A program made the position numbers and the translations under genes. A DNA stretch of 64,000 nucleotides from Podospora anserina (lineage: Eukaryota), in contig CM030337.1 of assembly GCA_017654855.1 (NCBI GenBank), positions 1,364,001 to 1,428,000 on the forward strand, written 5' to 3'. This document shows positions 12,594 to 27,269 of the stretch, one piece after another. The notes beneath the pieces are model-generated. The model was not told the DNA's origin. It made no database searches and worked only from the letters and a program-made list of their open reading frames with translations. The number at the start of each line of letters is the position of its first letter. Position 1 is the stretch's first letter.

Positions 12594-15500
12594 ATGGCTA
12601 CCCCTACCCCGGACGTCACCGACCCGGTGACGGAGACGTTATCGACGATAGCGTCGGTGTCCACGTCCCTCTTGGAAACGATATTGTCTTCGTCAACAGA
12701 GGCGCTGTCGACAACATCAACGCAGGCTGCCACGACAACGAGCAGCAGCGCAGCCGAGGCGCCTACTGGGCCAACAGACGGGCGGCCAGGATCAGGACAG
12801 CAGGACCGTGGAATAAGTTTAGTGGCTTTTGTGACTGCATTGGCCGCTTCGTTGATTGTTTTCGGAGTGCAGATGGGCTTCTTTTTGCTATTACGGAACA
12901 AGCTGGTCAGAATCTTGTGCGTACCTCCATCATCTCCGCCTTCATATCCAACCCCTCTTCTTTCTGTTGCGTTTCTAAGGCGCTAACTGGGTACCGCGAT
13001 GATAGCAAGCCGAAAACCTACCTGGTTCCCGAACGCGAAAGAACAGAACCACCACCCGCCAGCCATTTTGCACTCATTTATAAGCTCATGGCGTTCAGGG
13101 ATCGCGAGATCATCAAGAAATGTGGACTCGACGCCTACTTCTTCCTACGATATCTACAGACTTTACTGATCATCTTTATTCCTATCGCTCTCGTCGTCAT
13201 TCCGATCTTGGTACCTATCAACTTTGTGGGCGGACTCGGCAAATCGGTTGTTGAGGATTTGAAGGATGATGATGGCAACCCTATCAACAAGACTAATCTA
13301 GACCTGCCAACCGGATTAGACACGCTAGCCTGGGGTAACGTTCCCCCGGAAAAGCAACATCGGAGATGGGCTCATCTGATCCTTGCGCTTCTTGTCATTA
13401 TCTGGGTCTGCGGTGTGTTCTTCTTCGAACTTCGCGTATACGTCAAGATCCGACAGGACTACTTGACCAGCGCCGAACACAGATTACGAGCCTCGGCGAA
13501 TACGGTCCTTGTGAGCTCCATACCGGACAAGTGGCTCAGCGAAGAGGCCCTGAGAGGTCTATTTGATGTGTTTCCGGGGGGCATTAGAAATGTCTGGTTG
13601 ACGCGGGATTTCACACCACTCCTCGCCAAAATTCACAAACGCGATGCTATTCACAAGCAACTCGAGGCAGCCGAGAGCGACCTCATCCGGGAGGCGAAGC
13701 GCAGGCAGTTGAGACAGGCTAAGGAAGGCGGACTGAGGCAGCGCTTCACTTCTGAAGGCAGAGCAAATAAAGTTCAACGAGCACAACAAGCAAAGGCTCA
13801 GAACTTGGAGGCTCAACGGCGCGCTGAAGGCCCCGGAGGCTTGAGCGCCAACACTCCAAGAATCCCGCACAGTGTGCAAGAAGAGGTGGCGGAGGAAAAG
13901 AAGCCGGAGGGCGATCTCACTGATGTGCAGGAGGAGGGATCCGAGGATACCGAGGCCGATAATCAGCGCGGCAATCCTCTCACCAAAATTGGACGCGGCT
14001 TGGGTAAGGGCCTGGGCAAGGGCGCCGCGGTGGTCAGCGGGGCCGGACTAGGTATTCTCGGAGGAGCAAAGGCTGTCGGAAAAGGCATCGACAATGAGTT
14101 GGAAAGGTTTGGAGGGTTCACCGTGATCAATCAACCCGAGGGGCGAGCTCCGTCTCCTGGTAACTCGCCCACCTCGGATGTTTCGTCCCCACGAAGAGCC
14201 CAGATTGCCGTCGACGAGGACGACAAGCCTAGAACGTCGTACGCCTCCGAGAGGCCACTTACCCAGTCCACCAGGCATCAACACACGACATCCAACGCCA
14301 CCAACGAGACCGACTCAAGGCACGACGATTTTAACCCCAGAAGCTTTGGAAACACAACTCGAAAGGCTACCAACATGGACGAGATGATTGTGAATAAGAA
14401 GACGTATTGGTTCCAGTTTTGGAAGCCACCAACTGGCAGCTATGCATCCCCAATCCCCCAGGGGTACGAGGGTGGCGAGTACCCGTGGATCAAGACAGAG
14501 AAGAAGTCATTCTGGGAGAAATTCAAGAGCTCATTGCCTTGGGTCGAAGATGAATCCGATCCGGTGGAATACCCACCGGCTTATAACTACGACTACAGGA
14601 CGCACCCAGAAGATGGTGCTGAGTGGACGAAGTGGCTCAAACCAAAGAACCGCCCACAACACCGTGTCGCGAATTTCGATTGGACCCCTGACTGGTTGCC
14701 TGGTCTGCCTTTCATCAACAAGAAAGTCGACACCATCTACTGGTGCAGAGAACAGCTGGCCCAACTCAACATGGAGATTGAGCAAGACCAGCAAAACCCC
14801 GAACGCTACCCTGTCATGAACTCGGCGTTCATCCAGTTCAATCATCAAGTGGCTGCCCATATGGCTTGCCAGTCAGTAACTCACCACGTACCGAAACACA
14901 TGGCACCCCGTATGGTTGAGATATCGCCCGACGATGTCATCTGGGACAACATGGCCATAATGTGGTGGAGCGCATGGCTTCGAAGGGCGGTTGTGTTTCT
15001 TGTCGTGGCAGGCATGATTATCCTCTGGGCTATCCCCGTTGCCTGGACAGCCTCGCTGTCACAAATAGACGCGTTGCTCAAGCAATATCCGTGGCTTAGC
15101 TTCATTAACAGCAGCGAGACACTCACGAACATCGTCAAGGCCGTGGCTGGTGTGTTACCCGCCATTGTGCTGGCCATCCTGCTGGCGCTTGTCCCTGTCG
15201 TCCTCGACCTTCTGGCGGAATTTCAAGGAGAGAAGACGGGATCCTTGAAGTCAGAAATGGTCCAGATCTATTATTTCGCCTTCCTCTTTACCCAAGTCTT
15301 CCTCGTTGTCTCTATTGCAGCAGGTACCTTCCAGGTCCTAGAGGAGCTGGGGAAAAGTCCGCAGGAAACGCCTAACATTCTAGCCCAGAACATTCCCAAA
15401 GCTGCTAACTACTTTTTCTCCTACATGATTCTCCAGGCTTTGTCCACGAGTTCGGGTACCTTGCTGCAGATCGGAACACTCGCCGTTTGGTATTTCTGGG

Positions 15501-16573
15501 CTCGGATCGTCGACAACACAGCGCGGGCAAAGTGGGTTCGGAACACGCAGCTCCCGCACATCAACTGGGGCTCCTTCTTCCCCGTGTACACGAACTTCGC
15601 CTGCATCGCCCTCATCTACTCTATCGCCGCGCCCATCATTTCCATCTTCGCCATCATCACATTTGGTCTTCTATGGGTTGCTCACCGGTACAATATGTTG
15701 TACGTCACGCGCTTCAAGACCGACACCGGCGGTGTGCTTTATCCACGAGCAATCAATCAGACATTCACCGGACTGTATGTCATGGAGCTTTGCCTCGTGG
15801 GTTTGTTCTTCTTGGCTCAGGATGAGAACAACAAGCCAGCCTGCATTCCTCAGGCTCTGATCATGGTTGTCACACTCTTTCTCACCGCGCTGTACCAATA
15901 CATCCTTAATGCGTCGTTTGGTCCGCTGTTCCGGTACCTGCCCATCACCTTTGAAGACGAGGCTGTCCTCCGCGACGAAGCTTTCCGACGAGCACAGGAG
16001 CGCCGACTCGGCCTCTACGACGATGATGAAAATACCCATCTCAACGGCGTTAACGGCACCGGCGATGGCGAGGACATTGAGCTCGAGAAAATCGGCCAAC
16101 ACAAACGCTCCCACTCCCGAACGGGGACCGTCATGTCCAAGATGACCCACGCGGGACAGTGGGCTGCCAAGGGCGGAAAGCAGATTAGACGTGCTACTGG
16201 CAAGACTAACCAGGCGATCCGCACCGCGGCCGACTACCGCAAACAGAAGCGGCAAAAGGACCTCGAGGCTCAGCGCGCGATGGGTGATGCTTTGTACGGG
16301 GGTTATTGTGATGCTGTGGAGGACTTGACGGCGGAGGAGAGGGATGTTTTGGTACGCAAGGCGTTTCAGCATTCGGCGATGCGGGCGAGGAGGCCGATTG
16401 TGTGGATTCCGAGGGATGATTTGGGGGTGAGCGATGACGAGATTGGGAGGACGAATGAGTTTAGCCAGTATATTTCGATTACGAACGAGGGGACGGCGCT
16501 GGATAGCGAGGTGAGGGTGGTGTATGGGAAGAATCCGCCGGACTTTTCGGATGTGGATTTGATTAACCTATGA
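12594..16573 (+). CDS. CSC1/OSCA/TMEM63 (RSN1-like, DUF221) mechanosensitive channel; intron ~12917-13005
   Basis: [82 protein letters not shown]; many TM segments. Confidence 0.9.
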
Positions 16574-17578
16574 GGAAAAGGGGTGAGGAGGATGAAGTTG
16601 ATGATAATGGGATATATGATGGGGGCGGTAGAGACGGGGGGTTGTACAGATAATTGTGAAAGGGAAATACCCAGGTGTTGTTTTGTTTTGTTTTCTAATT
16701 GTGTTCTTTATTGCTTATTTTTTGGTTAGTAAGGAGGATGATACTGGATACAATTGGGTGGAGAGGGAGAAAAGAAGAAGAAGAAGAAAAGGAAGCATTA
16801 GACCATGCGTGGCATATCTGTAATGAAGCATACGGCATAGCATCATTTGTTTTTGTTGTAGATGTAGATGGGGTGAATAATGTTGGGGTATATATATCTT
16901 GGATCGCATTCTGGTTTTTGGGGCGCGTTTAGTGATTGAATGTTCAATTTGCATACCATACATGATAGACAGCGCTTGCTTGTTCAGGCGAAGGGAAGAA
17001 AGTTATACCATGTCTCTGCTCTAAAGCTCGTGTTTCTGGCCGAGGTATTACTTGTTCCAATCTTTCATCGAGTCAGGACGAAGAGATTCTTGTGAGGCTG
17101 GAATCAATTGTCGTCGGTCAGTGATGGGAAAAAAGACTCTGAGGACATAATCCATGATACAAAATTACACTTTCATTCTTGATCTACAATACGAGTAATG
17201 CGACACAAACGCCACAACTAAAAGCCAGACAACCCATCATGAAAACATAAGGTTGAAAAGAAAAACAAAACACCAAAGACTTTTAACCGAATCAAGAAAA
17301 CCAAGCCAAACGCAATAATCTATCAAACGTATAGAAACGCATAGAAAACCATAACTCATGCTGTCTAGTCGTATCACAATCTCAACATCTCACCTGTCAT
17401 GGTTTCCCATGCCTAGGGTTAGGGTTCCAGTCTGGTTGAACCAGGATGCTCCGAGCCGGGCAGGGTTTGGTCATTTGCTTCCTGTACCTAGCTTTTCCCT
17501 CTCTTAGCTTCCTCACGCGACCTTGTTGTATCGACCTCAGTTGCTAACATAACCATTTTTTCATCAACATTTACACCT

Positions 17579-18840
17579 TCAAATCTCCGCCTTTCTGACC
17601 TTCTCCCCTTTCTCCTGCAACCTCTTCCCATCCTGCTGCATCCTCTCGCCCATCTTCTCACCCGCCTTACCAACCTGATCCTTCAGGCCAACCACCTCCT
17701 CCATAATCCAGTTTCCCGCCTCTCCCACAACCCCATTCACCACCCCTTTGGCATCGTCCACAACTCCATTCACAACCTGCTTCGCGTCACCCACAACACC
17801 ACCCACAACCTGCCTGCCCTGCTGCACCACCTCCCGTCCTTGATCCATAACCTCTCTTCCCTCCTGTCTCAGCTCCCGTCCTTTCTGCTTGCCGATCCCC
17901 ACCGCCTCATAGGCAAGCTGCATCAAAGGGCCGAGAACGATTGCTCCAAAAACGCAAAAGACAGCGGTACATACCTGCCAAATGCCGTACATCATGGATC
18001 CCGGGGCGAGGGAGATGAACTTGAGGAACTCCGTGACCTGGTAGAGATCCTCCTGGTGGGTGATGTAGTACTTCACATCACCCTGACCACTCTGACCCTG
18101 ACTGCCGCTGGCGGTGCCACTCTGCTTCAACTTTTGCAGCTTATTGCCGCCATTGGCTCCAGCAGGGACGGTGATTGGGCTGGAGGGGGCAGACGCCTCT
18201 CCTGCGGCGACCTCGCTGAAGGAGGGCTTCTCCCCTTCCTGGATGAGATGACGGGTCTCAGAGGCAGCGTCATAGAGTGTCTCGCCGTCGGTAGAGGCTT
18301 CACTGGGGGGATGATGGGGGAGGGGCTCGACGAGGAGGTTGGTAGCTGTGCCGTTGACGGTGGGTTGTTGCTGGGAAGAGAAAGAAGAGCGGGCCTCGAG
18401 GGAGAGGAGAGAGACGAGCTCTACCCGGCGGGCATTGTGGAAGGGGAGGAACCAGATGGAGAAGTCTTGGTTGAGGTGAACGTAAAGGGTGTTGGTCTTG
18501 TGGTCGAAGGCAACGGAGGTGATGGAGAGGGAGATGCGAGGGGAGAGGAGCTTGTACCTGTGACATACGAAGTTAGATCACAGTGGGATAAGGGCAAAGG
18601 GGAAGGAGGAAAGGGGAAGACGGACCATCGGTAGATGGCAATGATGAAAGCTCTGGAATCGAGGTTCGTGGTATTGGTGAAAGGAATCTGTCTATCTTTG
18701 AAAGAAGGCACCCGACAAAACGGGTGCGTAAAAGAAGCGCCCTTCGCAAAATATTTGAAAATCGTCCGTGCCTGCTCGTCCGCGTTGCCCTGGGTAAGGG
18801 AGCGGATCACGTTCTTGATATCGTTGACTGGGTGATCCAT
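17579..18840 (-). CDS. NTF2/SnoaL-like fungal protein with repetitive amphipathic C-terminus; intron ~18561-18628
   Basis: MDHPVNDIKNVIRSLTQG...ASFTHPFCRV...IYRW|YKLLSPRI...YYITHQEDLYQ. Confidence 0.7.
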
Positions 18841-19494
18841 GATGTTCGTTGCTGCTTGATGTTCTTTAACTCTTGTTCTTGTTACAGTGGAAGTTGAAGT
18901 TGAGGAGGAAAATTGCACGGGGATGTCCAATTCAAATAGTAACCCAAACGTCATGCCAGAGCTCTTACGGACCATCAAGCGCTTTCACATGCCACTGATA
19001 GCTTGACGTTTGCGTATGGAATGAACCACCTTCAAGCTCTCCTGGTGATGTCATTACCTCTCAAAGTGGGGTCCCGGAGATTTTCCAGCATGTGGGTAAG
19101 ACACGGGAAGGCGCCGGGAAACGGCTCTAACGCAGGGGTTGATCGCCGGCTCCGGTAAGCGCCAAGCCCGGGCTTTTTGCTGCCGAAGCTTTAATCTGGT
19201 GGTGATGCCATGGTTGACATTAGTTCCTGCGGTAGCTCTGGGCTTGGAGAAGAGGAAAAGCTTTGCTCTAATGACGAGGTAGTTACAAAAAACCATTGGA
19301 AGCTGAGATAAATCCCTACCGAACCTCCCTTGCATGATCGAGATGCAAGCATTTTGCTGTCAGAAACCCACAATCCACCCATCTTTTGAACCATCCAAAG
19401 TTCCTGCAGTCCGAAATACTCGTCGGTTCAACCCATCATCATACAATGCCATTATATACCAACCATCATCATCATCGTCATGCCCACCCACCCA

Positions 19495-20199
19495 CTACCT
19501 CCTATGACTACTCGATCTCCTCACCTCCACCACCCTAGCATCGCCCCCAGCAAACCTCTCCGGATCAACCTCCCTATACCCACTACTCCTCCTCTCCTGA
19601 CTCCGAATCCTACTCCTCTCCCTCCTCCTCCCCCCGCCTCTCACCGGTGAATGCTCCTCAATAACAACAACCTCATCCTCCACCGTCCCCGTATCATCAT
19701 CACTAACTTCCACCACCCTCCTCACCCCTCCCCCCCTAGAATAACTCCTCCTCCTCTCCTCGAGAATCACACTCTCCATCCCACCCCCCGTCCGCTCCTC
19801 CACAATCACCGGTCCCCTAGACTGCTCCCTCGTCGTCCTCGTAATCTCAATATCCCTCGTCCTCCTCCTCTCCCCCCGCGAATGCGCCCGGTGGTGGTGC
19901 GACTTGCGTGTAACGACCGACGCCGTCCCCTCAGTTGTGGAGTCCACATTGCCAATGTTAATGCACGTGTAGAACAGGTAGAGAACCAAGCAAAACCCAG
20001 CGACAGAACCGAGGACGATGCCCGCGATGGCGCCGGGGGTGAGGGAGGTGTACAGCGCGCCGTAGGAGGCGGGGATCGTGTCGGTGGGAGTTTGTCGTGA
20101 GACGAAAAGGAGCAGCGATCGAGCGCGAAGGAGGAGTGAGGACGATGCTTGGGATGGTGATGTTGGCGGTGGTGGTGGTGGTGGTGGTATTGGCGCCAT
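19495..20199 (-). CDS. Single-pass membrane protein with Arg/Glu-rich cytoplasmic tail
   Basis: ATG at 20199; PGAIAGIVLGSVAGFCLVLYLFY TM helix; EVVVIEEHSP and YREVDP motifs; consistent coding bias. Confidence 0.65.
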   Translation of the reverse strand: MAPIPPPPPPPPTSPSQASSSLLLRARSLLLFVSRQTPTDTIPASYGALYTSLTPGAIAGIVLGSVAGFCLVLYLFYTCINIGNVDSTTEGTASVVTRKSHHHRAHSRGERRRTRDIEITRTTREQSRGPVIVEERTGGGMESVILEERRRSYSRGGGVRRVVEVSDDDTGTVEDEVVVIEEHSPVRGGGRRRERSRIRSQERRSSGYREVDPERFAGGDARVVEVRRSSSHRR

Positions 20200-20942
20200 T
20201 GCCGCGCTTTCTCTGTACAGCGCTGATGATATTCCGCTCGTTCGGTGGGTGGTATCTGAGTCGTTTGTCGCGACGAACACACGGTCGGTTATGTCGGCCG
20301 GCTCGCAAGTCTCCTCAGGTCGCGCGCACAAGTCTTGAAGAAATTGCGGGGGTGGTGTCGCGTCCCAACTGGCAATGTCCTCGTCCGTGAAGCAAGAGCT
20401 GATGTATCGTCTGTTTCTTTCAAGCCAAAATCTCGGCGCAACTGGTCGATTTCTCGTATGAGTTCTCGACGCGATTGACAGAAAATGAAAATCAAGGGTC
20501 CAGCGTCTACAGCACGCAAGCACCAACGTCAGCCTCGAAGCGCGCGACGTTCTCCAAGCTGATTGGATAATGTAACTCCATGTAAGCTGCCCAGCTTGAT
20601 GGACTCTGGGATCGCGGTTAGAAAGTTGGCTATATCAGCTTCAATCGTTCTGGTGCCTGACTGACCCCCCTCGACAAACACGTCCAGGAGGATGTTATTT
20701 ACAGAATTCCCGCTGCCTGTTGGTTTCATGAAGAAATGCGCCAGTCATCTCAAGTCCGAGTGGAACCTCAATTGCGGCGCAGACATCCCCGCCATTAACG
20801 GGAGGTTGGGGATTGGTCCACTTCCTGAGCCTTACAGAAATCTTGGCGATGGGATGGAAGGGGTCCCTTGTGGTGATCACTCTTATGAAGATGTCTCTAC
20901 ACTACACAACGCTTGCTTGCCATACCTATATATGCCTTCATC

Positions 20943-23900
20943 TTACACAAAGCCGCGGATACCTCTAATAGTGCCCATCTTCTTCTCCTTTTCCGGCTTC
21001 TCTTCCTTCTTCTCCTTTTTGTCCTTCTTCGTATTTTGGACGCCGCCTGTAAACATGATAAGCATAGGCATGTCGAAACTTACAAGGCAAGGAAATATCA
21101 GTTACCTCTCCCGAAGTACCGCTCTATTTGCGGGCTCGTCTTGCCTGATCTTGACGTCTCGTGTCGTCCGGGTGGCGTCGATGGGCGATTAGGGGGAAGT
21201 ACTGAACCAAGGGAACTCGAAAGCGGCTCTAACGGTGGCGTGGCGTTATGCGACCCTTCAAATCCATCTGAATCTGCGATTACACGAGGAGACCGAAGAC
21301 GACCCATGGCAGGACTCCCGGAACCTTGGTCGAGCCTACCATCAGCCACCGCCGACGTCGGCGTCGCGATTGGTCTCCCGCTCCGTTCCGTCTGCTCGCA
21401 CTGCATGTCCAGCAGTGACGCCTTAAGTACTGTGTATTTTCTCGTGAGTGCCCCATACTGTTTTTGGAGATCAGTGTTCTTCGCTCGTGCTGCTGCCAGA
21501 GCACCTTCGTACGCCGCCACAATCTCTTTGGACGATGTCTGTTGCTTGATTTGGAGTGCTTTACCCAGTTCAGACTTCAGGCCATCGATTTCGGTCTGAT
21601 AATGACGTCTTTGCTTCTCCAACTGCTCTTCCCGCGCCGCAAGTTCTTTGGATAGCTGCTCAGCTTTGGCCTCAGCAGCGGCTGCTTCCTGCACGGCTAG
21701 CTGCATCTTGACCTCTTTACCGTGGAACAGGTGCTCCGTAGCGGAAAGACGAGAAATTTCCGCCTTGAGCTTCTCAATCATGGCTGTGCTGATATCAACG
21801 GCCTCTAGGTTCTGCTCCGACTCCAACCTCTTCTTTTCCGCCTCGTCCACAATCCGCCGCAGACTTGCAATTTCGCCCCGCGCCTTTTCCAGCTGCTGTC
21901 TGAGTTCGGCCTCCTCCAAAACCCACTTCTTCTGTTCCTCGCGGAGAACCTTGAGCTTATTAGACAGAGAGTCTTCCCACTTCTTGGACATATTGCGACG
22001 GTTGTCGAACTCCTTTTTGTTCTGGGCTTCGCTCCTCTTCGCCTCGTCCAAACGCTGTTTCAAACTACGATTAGCCATTACGAGGTTCTGAGTCTCGGCC
22101 TCTGTCGCTGCCTCCCTGACTTGTTTCCGGCGCAGCTCTCCCATGTGCATCATGTGCTGCTGCTTGATGAACCTCTCATACTGAAGGTCATTGAGCAGAA
22201 GTAGACGCTCATGATGCAGCATAGCAGCTTGCTCAGCCAAGTCCCCGCTGGTTTGTCCCCCCTGCGGCAATGTGTGCGTGGTTGAGGGCAGGAACGGACT
22301 TTTTTCTCCCGCTTGTTCCTGCGGGCTCAGTATCAAAGATGGCACGCTGTCGCTGTTGAGAGACTGGTGGAGGCCTGATTTGATGACCTTGTTGGAATGT
22401 ATCAAATCCTGAAGACGACTGTGGGATGCTGACGGAGCAAGTTGCGGTGGCAATGTCGGGCTATCACCACCGCCTCGACTTCTAGGTTCTGGTGTATTGT
22501 ATCCAGAAGGTGACGAATGACTTAATTGCGAGCCAGGTCGATCAAGCACCAGCGACGGAAGTGCCATTGACTGGGATAAAGAGTCGACAACCGGGCTACT
22601 CAAGAGGGCAAACTCCCGGCTGTCTAGTTCCTGGCCCTCGCTGAGCACGGAGGCCGGCACTCCTGGAAGTGATGTATCAGTTTGGATATTGACGGGCGAC
22701 GGACCTGGCTCAATTTGCAACGCCGTACAGTCAGCTAGGACTTCGTCGGCTTCGCTCCTGATCCAGCGACTCAAATCCGTCTTTTCTGATTCGATGGTGA
22801 GATTGTAAAAGTTGGGATGCAAAAGATGCATCTTTCTGAACCGCTCTGACCTGTCTCGGATTTCCATCGCCTGAACATCGATATCCTCAGGATTGTTGGC
22901 ATGTCGGAGATACCTTTGAGGCTTCCTGATGTAGTCTAGGAAGTTGATCGGGTACAAGCCATAGAGCAGGCTGAAATAGTTCTTGAGGTAATGTATGGTG
23001 CTTCCGTCAAAATCTGGGTCCATTAGAACCTTCTCCCACGGCATCGTGGCCCATGGGCCGTCTTTTCCCTCGCCCATCTCGGTATGCTGTTGTGTAAACA
23101 GCGAGTCTCTGTCCCAGAACAGAAGCCTTGCGTAGATGTTGAAGAGTGTTGGGAGATATTGGACAAGAGCGCTGGGTATAAACGGCATGATCATGTTGAG
23201 CGAAAGAAGAGCAATCGTAACAGTGTTGGTAGACTCATCGCGCTGTAGCGATTGCAGGATACTCTGGAAGAGAGGTGTTTGTAGAATTTGATGCAGATGT
23301 GGTGGCCCGCACGAGACGAAATGTATTAAGAGACTCAGCGTCGCATTGCGATCATCTTTTCTGAGCACGAAGTCGTTCAAGACTGTCATGAAGCCCTTGG
23401 GGTCTCGCTTGCCAAAAGCCACCAGAGCATCCTTGATCATCCTCTCTTTGAGTTCGGCTGCTGGACCAAAGCTGGATTCAGACTGAACAATCTCCAGCCA
23501 GCGAGCCAGCAGGCGACTAACCAGCGGGAGCATCTGGCCCGAACTCCATGCCTCGGGGTCATCGTGCTCGTCCGTCGAGAGCAAATCAAGGGTATGTTCG
23601 AGTACCTCTCGGGCCAGTCCTCTTTCTGAGGCTACATGCTCGAGAACCGGATCCAGAAGCTTGTCCCACCATTTGAATATGCGAGAGGGTGTTCGAAGGA
23701 CTGGACGCAGCTCTCGTAAAATGACAAGAAAAGCAGCATATCGCTCCGGACGATCCCGCACTATCTTTTCCCAGATAGTGGCCAGTTCATCGTTCAGCTT
23801 GTCTCCCGAGGTCTCTTCAGACTTCTCATGTTTATCGAGGTAGCTGGTGATGATAGCATTGACTTCTGAGGGCAACGGCAGACTGGGTGACTGGAGATAG

Positions 23901-24009
23901 GCCGTGAGGCCTTTGACGAGGTCCTTTGAAGATCTGTGCGGGGGATTAGCAACAGCTCCAGTTTATTCATACTCAGAGTAGCAAGCAAGGCCTACCCGGA
24001 TGAAGTCAT
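20943..24009 (-). CDS. TSC1: Hamartin / tuberous sclerosis 1 homolog; short first and last exons
   Basis: LFNIYARLLFW, YFSLLYGLYPINF...YIRKP...HLLHPNF, LLLNDLQYERFIKQQHMMHMGELR and long coiled coil; introns near 23935-23995 and 21048-21103. Confidence 0.88.
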
Positions 24010-24827
24010 CCTGATCGACACTACGAATGGCGCATCGGGGGACTGGATGAAGTTGGAGAGCCCCGCTCGGGAGCGGAAGCGAGGCGAAGCTCAGGAGAGA
24101 AGTGACGTGCGCGGCACCGGGACCTTATGACCGCCTGACAGTGCGCCGTTCCAGAAAGGGCCGGAGGTATGAGGGGTCCAGCGTAGTCCCCGGGAGGCTG
24201 CTCGGGGTTTATGGCGTTATGGGGTTATGTGATACAACTGGATGTCTGGACGTACGAGGTCGATGGCGTTGCTCAGATGATTCGTCGTGGAAAAAAGGCT
24301 GCCAAGAGCTCGCTGCCCCCGGTTGCGCTAGAGTGATTGGCCCCACCTCGTGACCCGACTCCAGCTTGACTTGCATGGTCAGTGCTGGCTTTCCCTGTTC
24401 TTTCAGCGGCAGCACCCCTCGAACCCCGCATTTTAAAACGCCAAAGTGGGGCGCATCGGCGGGAACTTAGTGGGCTGCTGCCCGCCGCCGAATCGTCTGA
24501 TGCATGGTGTGAGAGGAACCAGGCCCCTCTTTGGCGGGGCTGTCTTTGAGAGCTCTCTCGTGACTGATCCAATGCGGCCCTCCAATGACTGTCCCGACAG
24601 GCAAGCTCGAGGCACAAAACCCAGACTTCTCCCAGCTTGTTCACCCATTCCTCTGTTTTCTACCCATCTTTTTCATCGCTGATTCCATCAATTGAGTCTC
24701 TCCATCTCCGGTTTGGTCTGTACACTCCCAGGCAAACCACCACTTACACCTACACCAAGCACACCACTGGTCTACAACCACCACTCACCCACCACCCCTC
24801 CAACCCCAATTCCAACAGTTGCCAAAG

Positions 24828-25874
24828 ATGGCCCACAAGGAGTCCGCAGTGGCAGACGAGCCAATTGATGTGCTCTTTGCCCTGCACGACAAGTTCAACC
24901 TCATGGACTTCGCTGGTCCCCTCGAGGTCTTGACCACGGCCTTGCACGATCAATCTGATCCTGGTAAGTCATTGTGTCCTGATTTGAGGCCAGGTTGGCA
25001 CCACCACCGGCTTCTTTCATACCCCGCGTTTTGGTTCCTTTGACAGCTGGAAGCTTCCCGGCTAACCGGACCCCGACCTACAGCTTCCAAGGCCTTCGAG
25101 GTCACCATTGCTGGTGGCAGTCCCACAGTCATCTCCGAGCAGGGAGTCTCCGTCCAAACCCAGATCAACTGGAAGGACGCTAAGGAGCGTCTTAATGACT
25201 TCGACGTCCTTGTCGTCATCGGCGGCGGCACCGATGCAGTTTTGAAGAGCAAGGGCGAGCCCCTTGATCTCATCACTGCCTACTCGGAGCTTCAGAAGAG
25301 CGATCCCACCCGCGAGCGGACACTCCTGTCTATTTGCACCGGTTCACTCTTCCTTGCCCAGCAGGGCATTCTTGCTGGCCTTTCTGCCACCACTCATCCC
25401 GACTATATTACCAAGCTCGAGATCTTGTGCAGCCAAGCTGCCACCCGCGACTTGGGCGAGCGCACCGACGTTGTCGATGACGCCCGCTACGTCGTGAACA
25501 ACCTTCGGTTCGAACTCGGAGACGAGGACGAGAACCCCTACATCCGTCGAAAGTCGGATGCTGGCAGACGCCCCTCGAATGCCCGGTATGTTCCACTGAC
25601 ATGACTGTCTGACGAGTAGCACATACTGACTCACCATTGCAGAAAGGGATCCATTTCGTTCAAGGGCGCCACACGCAGAGAGTCCATTGCTCGGCGCGCA
25701 TCCATGCGCCTAGGAGGTCTCCGAGTCATTACGAGTGGGGGAGTGGCCGCTGGCCTGGATGCAACTTTGTATCTGGTCAGCGTTATGGTGACTGAGGAGT
25801 CGGCCAACCAGGTCGCCCAGTTCATGCAGTTGACCTGGACCAAGGGTATTGTTGTCGACGGCCTTGATGTGTAA
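24828..25874 (+). CDS. DJ-1/PfpI family (class I glutamine amidotransferase-like) protein; 2 introns
   Basis: FNLMDFAGPLEV, DVLVVIGGG, LSICTGSLFLA (nucleophile Cys), ATTH, VITSGGVAAGLDA. Confidence 0.85.
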
Positions 25875-26340
25875 GTTTAGTAGTGTGATATTAGCGATAT
25901 GGGTATTTGGGCAAGGGATCTGGCGTTTTTGATGAGATAACGAATGAAATGAAAACAATATTCACCTCTTCTAAGAATTGGAACCGCTCTCTATCCTGTG
26001 AAACGCCCAATGAAGTAATTGAGTACGTAACGTGTCCCTGACAGCTCAAGAGCTTGGTGTTGTGGTAACGCTGTCGTTGAGAGATCGATGACAGGTGTGG
26101 GGTAATGCCCGTAGACACTCTTGGCATTACTATGGACCCACCTGCGAGTTGAGGTCCTGGTCACTCAACCCTGGTCGAAATCGCCTGGATTGGCAGCTGG
26201 CAGCGGGCCGTCAACAGCGTCTTTCAATCGCTGGAAAATCTAACTGGAGCCATCATCACGATACCAGATCCCGACAGCGAGTTGCCATTTCAGGACGGCG
26301 GTAGACCCAGCGCAAAGCTACCCGTCACTTCTCACCCACC

Positions 26341-27019
26341 ATGTCGTCAATGAACTCATTACCGCGGATCGCGGAGCCTGTACAGCGGTGGAAGAGGTTC
26401 GGTGAGAAGCAATTGTTTCTGTAAGCAACCAGCCCACCTTTTCTTCTCGAGGAGATCTCGGAGCTAACCTGCTCTCTTACTCTCCCCGCCCAGACCAAAC
26501 CACGTAGTCGCCCTCCTCCGCCCCAAGCCCAAACAGTCCCCCCACCTCGCCACCTTTGCCGTCCCCCTGCAGTTCAACAAGCTCGATCTTCGGGACTATC
26601 TTCACCATGCTTACGGCGTCGAGACGACGGCTATCCGCTCGTTCATCAACCAGCCCAAACCCGAGAGGAAGAACAAGACTGGGCCTTGGTATCGGCCCAG
26701 GGCGCAGAAGATGATGATTGCCGAGCTGGTCAAGCCGTTTGTGTGGCCGGAGCCGGTGAAGGATGAGGAGGCTCTCAAGCCGTGGGATCATGCGATGTAC
26801 CAGAAGCTGCAGAAGGATAGGAGGGCGCAGGAGAAGAAGCAGAAGGACCCGAAGAAGGTGCCGTTGAGGAACAAGTTTGCGGTGCCGGATGATGTGAAGA
26901 GTGTGAGTCAGCAGGCGAGGGAGTTGTTGAGGAAGGCGAAAGGGTTGAAGGTCAAGGAGAAGGGGTTGAAGGTGGAGGGGAAGGAGGAGGGGGAAAAGGG
27001 GGAGGTGAAGGATGAATAA
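26341..27019 (+). CDS. MRP20: Mitochondrial ribosomal protein uL23m; intron ~26421-26493
   Basis: FGEKQLFL|PNHVVALLR...ATFAVPLQFNKLDLRDYLHHAYGV...KMMIAELVKPFVWP. Confidence 0.82.
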
Positions 27020-27269
27020 GGGGGGTTGGACTTGTTCAGGCGTAAATGGGATGTGCTTGGGGCGAGGTAAATACGCGGAAGTGCAGTTCTGAGAAAGAAT
27101 GGTCAGGCTGAAGTGGTCGGCTTAGTTCGGCTGTCACTGCTGCTTGGATAAGGGGGCTCAAACGCTAGAAATGAGCAGAGCCAAGGAGAGATACTTGGCA
27201 AGTGTATTATATGCTATGGACGCAAATACATGTACAATCATGACCAATGCTGGATTCTCCCGCTCTACA

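Noticed and set aside
17414..17426. TAGGGTTAGGGTT telomere-like sequence
   Set aside because: Only two units; could be chance or a telo-box, not an interstitial telomere.
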